A stretch of 64,000 nt of DNA from the human T2T-CHM13v2.0 reference genome, Homo sapiens. The DNA lies in assembly GCF_009914755.1 (NCBI RefSeq), contig NC_060929.1; one strand, given 5' to 3'. The notes beneath the pieces are model-generated. The model had not been told where the DNA came from. It worked only from the letters and a program-made list of their open reading frames with translations, and made no database searches. The first letter of the stretch is position 1. The number at the start of each line of letters is the position of its first letter. A program made the translations under genes and the position numbers. Positions 15,233 to 27,755 of this stretch are shown piece by piece.

Positions 15233-15504
15233 GATCCCTTATTTCCTTGCCCTGACCTCTTATCTCTGTGCCCCGATCCCTTATTTCTGTGCCCCGACCT
15301 CTTATCTCTGTGCCCTGATCCCTTATTTCCGTGCCCCGACCTCTTATCTCTGAGCCCCGATCCCTTATTTCCATGCCCCGACCTCTTATCTCTCTGCCCA
15401 ATCCCTTATTTCCGTGCCCCAATCTCTTATCTCTGCGCCCCAACCCCTTATTTCCATGCCTCAACCTCGTATCTCTGTGCCCCAACCCCTTATTTCCACA
15501 CCCT
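15233..15504 (+). repeat. HERV-H leader minisatellite: 13 x 21-bp units alternating A/B (42-bp higher-order period)
   Basis: A = GATCCCTTATTTCCGTGCCCC, B = GACCTCTTATCTCTGTGCCCC. Counted by hand as 7 A and 6 B units. Confidence 0.9.
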
Positions 15505-15599
15505 GACCCGTTTACCGCTTTTCTAGAAGGTAAGAACCCCTGAACCCCTTCCCTCCCTGTCTCTACTCTCTCTTTTCTCTGGGCTTGCCTCCTTCACTA

Positions 15600-16850
15600 T
15601 GGGTAACCTTCCACCCTCCAGTCCTCCTTCTTCTCCCTTAGCCTATGTTCTCAAGAACTTAAAACCTCTTCAACTCACACCTGACCTAAAACCTAAATGC
15701 CTTATTTTCTTCTGCAATGCTGCTTGACCCCAGTACAAACTCGACAGTAGTTCCAAATAGCCAGAAAATGGCACTTTCAATTTTTCCATCCTACAAGATC
15801 TAAATAATTCTTGTCATAAAATAGGCAAACGGTCTGAGGTGCCTGACGTCCAGGCATTCTTTTACACATCAGTCCCTCCCTAGTCTCTGTGCCCAGTGTA
15901 ACTCGTCCCAAATCTTCCTTCTTTCCCTCCCGCCTGTCCCCTCACTCCCAACCCCAAACGTTGCTGACTCTTTCTAATCTTCCTTTTCTACAGACCCATC
16001 TGACCTCTCCCCTCCTTGCCAGGCCGAGCTAGGTCCCAATTCTTCCTCAGCCTCCGCTCCTACACCCTATAATCTTTTTATCACCTCCCCTACTCACACC
16101 CGGTCTGTCTTATAGTTTGGTTCCATGAGTAGCCCTCCCCCACCTGCCCAGCAATTTCCTCTTAAAAAGGTGGCTGGAGCTAAAGGCATAGTCAATGTTA
16201 ATGCTCCTTTTTATTTATCCGACCTGTCCCAAATCAGTTAGTGTTTAAGCTCTTTTTCATCAACTATAAAAAACCCAGCCCAGTTCATGGCCCCATTAGC
16301 AGCAACCCTGAGACACTTTACAGCCCTAGACCCTAAAAGGTCAAAAGGACGTCTTATTCTCAATATACATTTTATTTTATTACTGAATCTGCTCCCAACA
16401 TTAAATAAAGCTCCAAAAATTAAATTCCGGCCCTCAAACCTCACAACAAGACTTAATTAACCTCACCTTCAAGGTATACAATATTAGAGTAGAGGCAGCC
16501 AAGTAGCAACATATTTCTAAATTGCAATTCCTTGCCTGCACTGAGACAAACCCCAGCCACATCTCCAGCACACAAGAACTCCAAATGCCTGAACTGCAGC
16601 TGCCAAGTGTTCCTCCAGAACCCCCAGGAGCTTGCTACAAGTGCCGGAATCTGGCCACCAGGCCAAGGAATGCCCACAGCCCGGGATTCCTCCTAAGCCG
16701 TGTCCCATCTGTGCAGGACCCCACTGAAAATCAGACTGTTCAACTTACCTGGCAGCCACTCCCAGAGCCCCTGGAACTCTGGCCCACGGCTCTCTGACTG
16801 ACTCCTTCCCAGATCTTCTCGGCTTAGCAGCTGAAGACTGATGCTGCCCG
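15600..16850 (+). pseudogene. gag: HERV-H gag remnant with two broken CCHC zinc knuckles
   Basis: 16633 onward gives CYKCR then, after a frameshift, SGHQAKEC. 16701-16739 gives CPICAGPH*KSDC. The 5' boundary is approximate. Confidence 0.8.
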
Positions 16851-16902
16851 ATCACCTCGGAAGCCTACAAGACCATCACAGATGCTCTAGGTAACTCTCA
16901 CA

Positions 16903-17175
16903 GTGGAAAGTAAGTCCACCCCCTTCTTAATCAATACAGAGGCTACCCACTCCACATTACCTTCTTTTCAAGGGCCTGTTTCCCTTGCCTCCATAATTGT
17001 TGTAGGTATTGATGGCCAGGCTTCTAAACCTCTTAAAACTCCCCAACTCTGGTGCCAACTTAGAAAACATTCTTTTATGCACTCTTTTTTAGTTATCCCC
17101 ACCTGCCCAGTTCCCTTATTAGGCCAAGACATTTTAACTAAATTATCTGCTTCCCTGACTGTTCCTGGACTATAG
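16903..17175 (+). pseudogene. pro: HERV-H aspartic protease remnant
   Basis: The ORF contains FLINTEATHSTL (decayed LIDTGA active site) and PLLGQDIL (the LLGRDLL motif). Confidence 0.85.
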
Positions 17176-17289
17176 CCACACCTCATTGCTGCCCTTTTCC
17201 CCAGTTCAAAGCCTCCTTCACATCCTCCTCTCGTATCCCCCCAACTTAACCCACAAGTATAAGATACCTCTACTCCCTCCTTGGCGACC

Positions 17290-19060
17290 GATCATGCACC
17301 CCTTACAATCTCATTAAAACCTAATCACCCTCACCCCTCAATGCCAATATCCCATCCCACAGCACGCTTTAAAAAGATGAAAGCCTATTATCACTCACCT
17401 GCTACAGCATGGCCTTTTAAAGCCTATAAACTCCCCTTACAATTCCCCCACTTCACCTGTCCTAAAACCAGACAAAGCTTACAGGTTAGTTCAAGATCTG
17501 CGCCTTATCAACCAAATTGTTTTGCCTATCCACCCCATGGTGCCAAACCCATATACTCTCCTATCCTCAATACCTCCCTCCACAATCCATTATTCTGTTC
17601 TGGATCTCAAACATGCTTTCGTTACTATTCTTTTTCACCCTTCATCCCAGCCTCTCTTCGTTTTCACTTGGACTGACCCTGACAGCCATCAGGCTCAGCA
17701 AATTACCTAGGCTGTACTGCCACAAAGCTTCACAGACAGCCCCCATTACTTCCATCAAGCCCAAATTTCTTCCTCATCTGTTACCTATCTCGACATAATT
17801 CTCATAAAATCACATGTGCTCTCCCTGCTGATCGTGTCCGGCTAATCTCCCAAACCCCAATCCCTTCTACAAAACAACAACTCCTTTCCTTCCTAGGCAT
17901 GGTTAGTGCGGTCAGAATTCTTACACAAGAGCTGGGACTGCACCCTGTAGCCTATCTGTCCAAACAATTTGACCTTATTGTTTTAGCCTAGCCCTCATGT
18001 CTGCGTGCAGTGGCCGCCACCGCCCTAATACTTTTAGAGGCCCTCAAAATCACAAACTATGCTCAACTCACTCTCTACAGCTCTCATAATTTCCAAAATC
18101 TATTTTCTTCCTCACACCTGATGCATATACTTTCTGCTCCCCGGCTCCTTCAGCTGTACTCACTCTTTGTTAAGTCTCCCACAATTAAGATTGTTCCTGT
18201 CCCGGACTTCAATCCGGCCTCCCACATTATTCCGGATACCACATCTGACCCCCATGACTGTATCTCTCTGATCCACCTGACGTTCACCCCATTTCCCCAT
18301 ATTTCCTTCTTTCCTGTTCCTCACCCTGATCACACTTAGTTTATTGATGGCAGTTCCACAAGGCCTAATCGCCACACACCAGCAAAGGCAGGATATGCTA
18401 TAGTACAAGCCACTAGCCTGCCTCTCAAAACCTCTCATTGTGGTAATCTGTCCTCAAAGAAATAACTTCTCAGTGTTCCATCTGCTATTCTACTACTTCT
18501 CAGGGATTCTTCAGGCCCCCTCCCTTCCCTACACATCAAACTCGAAGATTTGCCCCCACCCAGGACTGGCAAATTAGCTTTACTCAACATGCCCCGAGTC
18601 AGATAACTAAAATACCTCTTAGTCTAGGTAGACACTTTCACTGGATAGGTAGAGGCCTTTCCTACAGGGTCTGAGAAGGCCACTGCAGGCATTTCTTCCC
18701 TTCTGTCAGACATAATTCCTCACTTTAGCCTTCCCACCTTTGTACAGTCTGATAACAGACCAGCCTTTATTAGTCAAATCAGCCAAGCAGTTTTTCAGGC
18801 TCTTAGTGTTCAGTGAAACCTTTATATCCTTTATGGTCCTCAGTCTTCAGGAAAAGTAGAATGGACTAAAGGTCTTTTAAAAACACACCTCACCAAGCTC
18901 AGCCACCAACTTAAAAAGGACTGGACAATACTTTTACCACTTTCCCTTCTCAGAACTCAGGCCTGTCCTCAGAATGCTACAGGGTACAGCCCATTTAAGG
19001 TCCTGCATAGATGCTCCTTTTTATTAGGCCCCAGTCTCATCCCAGACACCAGACCAACTT
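17290..19060 (+). pseudogene. pol: HERV-H pol remnant (RT, RNase H, integrase), frameshifted and deleted
   Basis: RT: VPNPYTLLS..VLDLKHAF..FTW and LPQSFTDSP, jumping at about 17762 to QISSSSVTYL without the YxDD block. RNase H: FIDGSS at about 18340. Integrase: SDNRPAF at about 18748 and PQSSGKVE at about 18838. Confidence 0.88.
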
Positions 19061-19622
19061 AGACTGTGCCTCAAAAAACTTGTCATCCCTACTATTTTCT
19101 GTCTAGTCATACTCCTATTCACTGTTCTCAACTACTCATACATGCCCTGCTTTTGTTTACACTGTTTCTCCAAGCCATCACAGCTGATATCTCCTGGTGC
19201 TATCCCCAAACTGCCACTCTTAACTCTTAAAGTAAATAAATAATCTTTGCCGGCAAGGCTATGCTGACCCTCTTTAAGCACTCTCTAATTAGATGTCCTA
19301 AGTCCTCCCAATTCTTAGTCCTTTAATACCTGTATTTCTCCTTCTCTTATTCCGTTTAGTTTTTCAATCCATACAAAACCGTATCCAGGCCATAACCAGT
19401 AACTCTACAGGACAAATGTTTCTTCTAACAACCCCACAATATCACCCCTTACCACAAAATCTTCCTTCAGCTTAATCTCTCCCACTCTAGGTTCCCACGC
19501 CGCCCCAATCCCGCTCGAAGCAGCCCTGAGAAACATCTCCCATTATCTCTCCATACCACCCCCCAAAATTTTCACCGTCCCAACATTTTACCACTATTTC
19601 GTTTTATTTTTCTTATTGATAT
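19060..19622 (+). pseudogene. env: HERV-H env remnant and 3' untranslated region
   Basis: Only about 560 bp separate the integrase from the PPT. Contains a fragment resembling the env C-terminus (IQNRIQAIT). Most of env is deleted. Confidence 0.55.
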
Positions 19623-19635
19623 AAGAAGACAGGAA
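19623..19635 (+). other. Polypurine tract
   Basis: AAGAAGACAGGAA immediately precedes the TG of the 3' LTR. Confidence 0.8.
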
Positions 19636-20051
19636 TGTCAGGCCTCTGAGCCCAAGCTAAGCCATCATATCCCCTGTGACCTTCATGTACACATCCAGAT
19701 GGCTGGTTTCTGCCTTAACTGATGACATTCTACCACAAAAGAACTGAAAATGGCCTGTTCCTGCTTTAACTGATGACATTATCTTGTGAAATTCCTTCTC
19801 CTGGCTCATCCTGGCTCAAAAGCTCCCCTGCTGAGCACCTTGTGAACCGCCCCCCACACCTGCCCGCCAGAGAACAACCCCCCTTTGACTGTAATTTTCC
19901 TTTACCTACCCAAATCTTATAAAACAGCCCCACCCCTATCTCCCTTCGCTGATTCTCTTTTGGGACTCAGCCTGCCTGCACCCACGTGATTAAAAGCTTT
20001 ATTGCTCACACAAAGCTGTTTGGTGGTCTCTTCACACAGACACGCATGAAA
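19636..20051 (+). promoter_or_regulatory. HERV-H 3' LTR (LTR7 family), 416 bp
   Basis: TGTCAGGCCTCTGAGCCCAAG...CATGAAA. ATTAAA poly(A) signal at 19989-19994. Only two copies of the TAACTGATGACATT motif. Confidence 0.95.
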
Positions 20052-20240
20052 ACGGGAATTGTTTCAGATCAGAGATAGAGACAGGTGTGAGTTGGGAGCA
20101 GCCCCTGATCCTGGATGGGATCTTTTGCCACAAAGGACATTGCTGGAACCATCAAGGAAATTTGAATTCAGTCTCTGGGCAAAGAGTATAAAGGAGTCCT
20201 GGGTGCTATTCTGGCAACTTATCTGTAATTTACAACGTGT
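20052..20240 (+). mobile_element. L1MC-type 3' end, right part
   Basis: GGGAATTGTTTCAGATCAGAG...CCTGGATGGGATC...AAAGGACATTGCTGGAAC matches the continuation in the copy at 36417-36515. Confidence 0.6.
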
Positions 20241-23189
20241 GACTTTTTCCCCCAGGGTTAGAGTTATTTATGTGTTGTCTTCCTTCCTACTCCATCAGCT
20301 GCTTGACTGCGGGACCCGCAGCGGGCTCAGTTAGCTGTCCCTCCACAGCACCTAGAGTGTGGTAAAGCCTCGTAAATGTTTCTGGAAGACAGGAGGGGAG
20401 AGAAGGGCCACACGGGAGGGAAGGAAGGAGCGAGGGACTGGGGGAAGCTAGCCAAAAGTAGACATGTGACCTCTCTGCCAGACAGTTCAGTTGGGCTAGA
20501 TTCCTAGGTGACACTGGGCTAGATAATGATTGTGGAAAATTCTATCATTGCTTTACTTAAAGTGTCTCTAGAGGAAAGAAAAATCATTGAAGTGTGTTTT
20601 TGGACCAGCTTGTCATTAGCTGGAAAAAGCTATTTTGTTGCGTTAATTAGTTTTATTGTTTTGACATTTTAGCTTTTTAAAGGCTTTGTGCTGGAATTCA
20701 AGTACAGTATTTCATTGCCACACAGTCTATTTTAATGAATGATTATTATACAAATGAACCTGCTAATAGGTTCCTTTTTTTTCCCCCAGAAAACAAACAA
20801 AATTCACAAAGAAATACTCAAGGGCCCCCACTTTATATTAAACCTGTGTGCGTGTGTTTTTCTTCCTTAAAAACAAAACAATTTTTATAAAAACCACATT
20901 TGGTTCTGCTACAAAAATCTAAATGGCTGTTGCGGTAAATTGACATGTAAGTAATGCAAGGTACTTAATAATGAGAACATTCCCACTCTATTTTTTTTTT
21001 TTCAGATTAGAAAAGGTGCTAATAAAATAATGCATTTGCCAAGGCTCCTCAGTTTGCTCAGGAAAATCTTTTAAGGATGTTAATTCTTTGCTTCCTGTCT
21101 TAAAACCTAGTTTTTCCTGTGTGGGTACTCTGTTTTCAGGGGCCAACCTTGAACAGGCTGCTAACCATATAAACAGAAGATCTTGTTCCTGGAAGAAATG
21201 CCCCACCCATGTACTCATAAACAATGATCGCATTTGTTGGAGCTAAACCTCCCTGGACTTCATTGAATGTGGCATTACCCCATCCTAAGGGATGCCGTGG
21301 CATATTACCCAGCAGGATTCCAGTTATAAGAGCATGGTAAACAATTAGAACTCATTTACATTTTACAATTAGGTTTCACTTACATTTTACTGTGATTTTT
21401 ACACGCATCAAAAGCTTTATTTCACATCTTTACTAAATCCACAAACCGTGAATTTAAGCGTCCCATATTTTTGACATGTTATTCCACATGCTAAATGTCA
21501 GTAGTCTACATTTGGTTGAACAAAGGCTAAGAATTATACAGGAGTGTGCCCAAATTGAAATGAAATGACTCTGAAATCTAAAAGCTAAGCTAAATCATTT
21601 ACAGCAGCTTCGTAAAAGCCTGAGAGATGAAATGCAAATTTCCTCTGGTATTAAATAAAATATGTTTAACTCATGTCATGTATTCTAAAGGTCTCCCAGG
21701 ATAGATTTCTGAAGGTCTGTCAGTTTATTAGGGCACAGATGATATCCATCAATTGGAAATCAATACTTACTGCTGGGTTGTAATTATAAATTATTGGGAA
21801 AATGCAGGTGGTAAATAGGCAGGGTATTTCTTGCTAATAGTTTGAAATAAAATTGGTTTGATTTCTAGTATGTGGGTTGAGAAATAATTTTTCTGTATTT
21901 GCTTTTAATCTTAATTTTTTTCAAGGTTTGGTTGCCAGAGGAACAGTTTATCTCTATGGATTATTGCATTTTAAATTCTGGAAAACAGTGCTCTACAAAT
22001 CCAATATGATGATGTTCATAGGGAAATAACATGCATTTACATTTTATTGGTATAAATAAGAGGGAATTTTTCTGCCTCTTTTCTTTCTTTTTCATGGTCA
22101 CTTTACTTCCAAATATACAACAGTGTGCATTCATTAGCCTTTTAAAACATTTTCTGTACATAATTTCAATTGCTTTTCTTTTTCAATGTTCCCTATCCTG
22201 CATTTCTGTCTATATAATAAAATATTCCTTTGTATAAATATACAAAAGAATTTTACATTCGGCAAAAATGATCTGAAACTTCACATACAGAAACGAGGTT
22301 TTTTGCCTTTTTACATAGGCTGTCTCATTTGTCCACTAAATTCTACCACTAATGTTATTTATAATGTAGTTGTTCCAAAAATTGGCTTTGTTTGTCTTGT
22401 CAGCAGAGGAGAAGGATTCCACCTTCAGGACTAATTCTTTATAATCAGCATTTGCATTCAATCCTGGGAGCTTTCCCCAGTTACCTGCTATTGATTCATT
22501 TATGCCTTCAGGCCAGTATTCAGTCAAGGCCCTCTACTTTTTACCAGGCACAAATGTGACAGCTGCTGCCCTCATGGTACACAGAATCTAGTAGTCAAAC
22601 ATGACAAAGAGTGACACCTTTTGAGGCAAAGAACAGAGAAGAGGTATTTGGGGAGTGCCAGGGGAACATAACACAGGAAGCCCTAGTGGAAGGAAGTCTG
22701 CCATCTTTCCACTATGCAAGCCTTGAAAATGAAGGAAGGTGGGGAAATCTAGAGCTTACTCTCCTACCTCTCTGCTAGTCTATTAAAAAGAGGTGAAGAC
22801 GAGAGAAAGATGAAAAACAGGGAGATTAGAGGGGTGGCCATGCTTCAGCTCCAGAGAACGGAGGACACAGAGCTACATTCTTGATGCAAATTCTGGGGAA
22901 CTGCAATGAGCAAATCAGTGATTAGGTCATACTGAGACTGTTCCCAAAGTAAGCATGTTACCTAAGATCCTTCCTCTTATTTTTAGCAAAAGCTTCAAAG
23001 AACACCAAAAGGCCTCAGGAAGGGATTAATAATTATTTTTACTTCAAGTGCAAATGTTAATTCTACCCATAGAGTCAAATATTATAGAAATATTTTACAT
23101 GAAAAAAATAAAAATATCTTATAAGGACATTTGGGGTCATCAGTACACAGCTCTAACCCATTGCCCAAACATTTTATCCTACAATATAA

Positions 23190-23340
23190 AATATCCACAC
23201 ATCCACATATGCACCACACACACAGACATGTACACATCAAACCAGAGACACATACATATAGGCTTATACACATACATACATGGAAACACACATGCAGCTA
23301 CAAACATACAGATGTAGATACATATATAGCCACACAGACA
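23190..23340. repeat. Degenerate (CA/TA)n low-complexity tract
   Basis: CACACATCCACATATGCACCACACACACAGACATG... repeated over about 150 bp. Confidence 0.7.
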
Positions 23341-23358
23341 GAATATCATTTAAAATAG

Positions 23359-23789
<431 letters not shown>

Positions 23790-24406
23790 CATTAATTTTT
23801 CTTTACCCACTTCCCTCTTGGCTGAAATACCCAAGATCACTGAAAACTCAAATACAGCACCTACATCTTCAAAGCCCATGTTGCTTTTCTACTCCAATGT
23901 GCTGCTCTGATATTGAGTGACACTTTCACTGACTGCCTTTAACTGAAAAGCAAACTAAGTGGGAAATAAAGATGAAAGGGAAAGGAATGTTAGAAGAGGA
24001 AATACTATAATGGTCAAAGAACCCAATCCACAAAGTTCCTTTTAGAATGTTTCTCGAATTGTCTATTCTGCTGATGATTAACCATTGAAATGCTATTTTA
24101 AACCATCTATGGTTGAATGAGCCATTTCTGTCACCCACCTCTTTAAGCCATAGGTAAGAAATCTCCACCCCCAATGGCCTTGTTCTGAGAGTTCCAAATC
24201 CTGTTTCTTAACACTAATCTTCGGATTTTGCTTTATGGACAAAAGTATGCTAAAAAGACATGAAATGAGAAAACATGAGTGTCAATTCCAGACCCATCTC
24301 TTACTGGCTGTGGAATACTGGATATGAATCGTATCTGAGTTTCACTCAGTTTCCTTATACATAAGTATCATGTCTACCCACCTTTGAGTTCTTTAATGTG
24401 TGTGGG

Positions 24407-24930
24407 CAGTAGTACCCCCTTATCCACGGTTTTGAATTCCATGGTTTCAGCTACCTCTGGTCAACTACAGTCTAAAGATCTTAAATAAAAAATTCCAGAA
24501 ATAAATAATTCATAAGTTTTAAATTGCATGCCATTCTGAGTAGCATGATGAAATCTTATACCATCCCATCCAGATGTTTATCATCCCTTTGTCCAGCATA
24601 TCCATGCTGTATATGCTCTTCGATGGTGACTTAGTAGCTGTCTCAGTTATCAGATCTACTGTCTCAGTATCGCAGTGCTTGTGTTCAGGTAACCTTTATT
24701 TTACTAAATAATAGCCCCAAGAGTAATGCTGATGGCATATTGTTATAGTTGTTCTACTTTATTGTTAGCTATTGCTGTCAATCTCTTACTGTAACTAATT
24801 AATAAACTTTATCATAGGTATGTATGTATAGGAAAAAACATAATGCATATAGGATTTGGTACTACCTGCGGTTTCAGACATCCACTGGGGGCCTTGGAAG
24901 ATGTCCCTCATGGATAAAGGGAGACAACTG
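24407..24930 (+). mobile_element. MER44-type TcMar-Tigger non-autonomous DNA transposon
   Basis: Terminal inverted repeats CAGTAGTACCCCCTTATCCA ... TGGATAAAGGGAGACAACTG, followed by TA. Confidence 0.85.
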
Positions 24931-24981
24931 TATAAAAGAATAAAATAATGAACACGAGTACTTCGTTGCCTACAACATACT

Positions 24982-25676
24982 TGTATTAGTCTGTTCTCGC
25001 ATTGCTATAAAGAACTACCTGAGACTGGGTAATTTATAAAGAAAAGCGATTTAATTGACTCACAGTTCTGCAGTCTTTACAGGAGCCATGGCTGGGGAGG
25101 CCTCAGGAAACTTACAATCATGGTGGTAGGCAAAAGGGAAGCAGGCACATCTTACATGGCTGGGGAATGAAGAAGCGAGTGAAGTGGGAGGTGCTACACA
25201 CTTTTCAACAATCAGATCTCGCTGGATGCAGTGGCTCATGCCTGTAATCCCAGCACTTTGGGAGGCCAATGTGGGCAGATTACCTAAGGTCAGGAGTTCA
25301 AGAACAGCCTGGTCAACATGGCAAAACCCCATCTCTACTAAAAATAGAAGAATTAGCCTGGCATGGTGGTGCTCGCCTGTAATCTCAGCTACTCAGGAGG
25401 CTAAGATATGAGAACTGCTTGAACTCAGGAGATGGAGATTGCAGTGAGCAGAGATCTTGCTGCTGCACTCCAGCCTGGGTGACAGAGCGGGACTCTGTCA
25501 GAAAAAAAATAAGGAAAAAAAATCAGATCTCATGAGAACTCACTCACTATCACGAGAACAGCAAGGGGGAAATCCGCCCCCATGATCCAATCACTTCCCA
25601 CCAGGCCATTCTTCCAACACTGAGGATTACAATTCGGCATGAGACTGGGGCAGGGGTTCAAATCCAAATCATAACA
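24982..25676 (-). mobile_element. MaLR solo LTR (MSTA-like), interrupted by an Alu
   Basis: TGTATTAGTCTGTTCTCGCATTGCTATAAAG...CCAAATCATAACA. TSD ATACT at 24977-24981 and 25677-25681. Confidence 0.92.
25221..25520 (+). mobile_element. Alu (AluSx-like) nested in the MST LTR
   Basis: TSD AATCAGATCTC at 25210-25220 and 25521-25531. Confidence 0.92.
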
Positions 25677-25694
25677 ATACTATAAAAATTCAAA

Positions 25695-25860
25695 GCCCGA
25701 CACGGGTAGTCCTAGTTACTTGGGGGGCTGAGGCGGGAGGATTGCTTGAGGCCAGGAGTTTAAGGCTGCAGTGAGCTGTGATCATGCCTGTGAATAGCCA
25801 CTTTACCCCAGCCCAGGCAACATAATGAGACCCTGTCTGTAAAAGTAAAAAAAAAACCAA
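25695..25860 (+). mobile_element. FAM (fossil Alu monomer), 7SL-derived
   Basis: Single monomer retaining the 7SL segment CCTGTGAATAGCCAC (25787-25801), which dimeric Alus lack. A-rich tail. Confidence 0.8.
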
Positions 25861-26917
25861 AAAACAAAATATTATTGTTCTTACCCCAATCATTATCATC
25901 ACACAGTAAAAAAAAAGCGGGGGTGCCTATATATGTATAACTTTATGCCGGAAGAGACAGAAATAAGCATAGTCTTATCCATACAAATTTACATTCAAAA
26001 ATATTTATATTCTGATCAGGCTAATTCCTTATGTATAGTGTATTTTACATTTCCCTGTCCCACTATTTAAGCATATCCTTGGAAAGCGCATTTATCAAAG
26101 AGTTTTAGGACTGCAGCATCTTTGCAAAGTTGGGAAAGTACTTTCTAGAGCACACCCAATTTTTATAAAATGAAGCTTTCATATGTTTATATAAATCCAC
26201 CTTAACCTTGTCTAAACAGGTGGGTTGTGTTGTCAACCTATACATCCCTTCTTTTTCCTCCTTCATAAATTCATCCTTTGTGGATCATCACATGGTTCTT
26301 TCCATTCTCAGCCACAAGAATAATGACTTTTTTTTCCCTGATTGGAGACTCAAGCTTACAAATTAGATATGGTGGCAGTTTTCCTCCATCTGGAATGTTA
26401 GCAAGAGACTTGGCAAACTCAGGTCTTATATTATTCAGTGGTGAGACTGACAGTCTTGTGGAGTCAGAAATGGATACCGTAGATTCAGCTGCCATGTCAA
26501 ATCAGATGGCAAGTCTATCATTGTTTGTGATCTGATGAGGACGGGAGAGTCAGCATTGTGGTATTACATTCTCCAGTTAAAATCAAGTGAGAGCAATTTA
26601 TAACTTTCCAGAGGTATCATTTAGCTGTGGTAGAGTCTATAGAATGAGTTACTCAGCCTTAAAGCAGTGCATTTCTACAATGCCTAAAGCAATGAATCTC
26701 CCATAGTATCCACAGCTCCACGAAGCTTCACATGGACCATCAGATAGGCTTTTCATCTCACATGTGTGGTGGATAAAGTTGGAGCAAGAATGATTTATGT
26801 GAGTTATGCAATATGAATTTGATACATGCACTGGTGAATCATACTGTTAAACTGAGAAATGAAAGTAAAGAATTTCCCATGAAGGGCTTCACCTTAGGGC
26901 CATATTACATATACTCA

Positions 26918-27315
<398 letters not shown>

Positions 27316-27319
27316 TCAG

Positions 27320-27755
27320 AAATATGAACAATCGTCCTAATTCTAAGATCTCCATCACAAAGTTAAATAATAATAACAAAAAAAGAAAAAGTAAGTGTCC
27401 AACAACATGGAAATGAATAAATGCATTATGGTCAATAAACATGGTGAAATATAATGGTACAATGAAAAATGCTTTATAATTAATTTTAATGACAAAAATG
27501 CATCTCATTAACTTCAACAAGTCAGGATATCATACTGTATCTAAATTATCATTTTAATCGCAGAAAAATCTGTATGTATGGAAAAGCAATGGAAAGAAAA
27601 TATACCTAAATATGAGCAATCATTATTGTTGAAAGCAGATGTATCAGTGGTTACTTCTTTTCCTTCATATAATTTTCTATATTTGTCAACTTTTTCTACA
27701 ATAGGTGTGTATTACTTTTATATTCAGGAAAAAGTGAATAGTACTAAAATAAAGT
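27320..27755 (+). mobile_element. Old L1 (L1ME-like) 3' fragment
   Basis: AAGTGTCCAACAACATGGAAATGAATAAATGCATTATGG...TTTTCTACAATAGGTGTGTATTACTTTTATATTCAG. Confidence 0.55.

Larger units (their letters stand above)
14329..20051 (+). mobile_element. HERV-H provirus (LTR7-int-LTR7), common internally deleted ~5.7 kb type
   Basis: Two LTR7 copies, 5-bp TSD ACGGG (14324-14328, 20052-20056), tRNA-His primer site, gag zinc knuckles, pro/RT/RNaseH/IN remnants and a polypurine tract. Confidence 0.97.

Noticed and set aside
15135-15543. Repetitive ORFs (GTEIRGR / PYFCAPTSYL) and a CRISPR-like look
   Set aside because: They are translations of the 21-bp HERV-H minisatellite. The units are contiguous with no unique spacers, there are no cas genes, and the context is eukaryotic.
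16903-18339. Protease, RT and tether ORFs as functional retroviral proteins
   Set aside because: The catalytic DTG reads NTE, YxDD is deleted, and there are many stops and frameshifts.
20308-20322. CTGCGGG-A-CCCGCAG mini-palindrome
   Set aside because: 7-bp arms are expected by chance in 64 kb.
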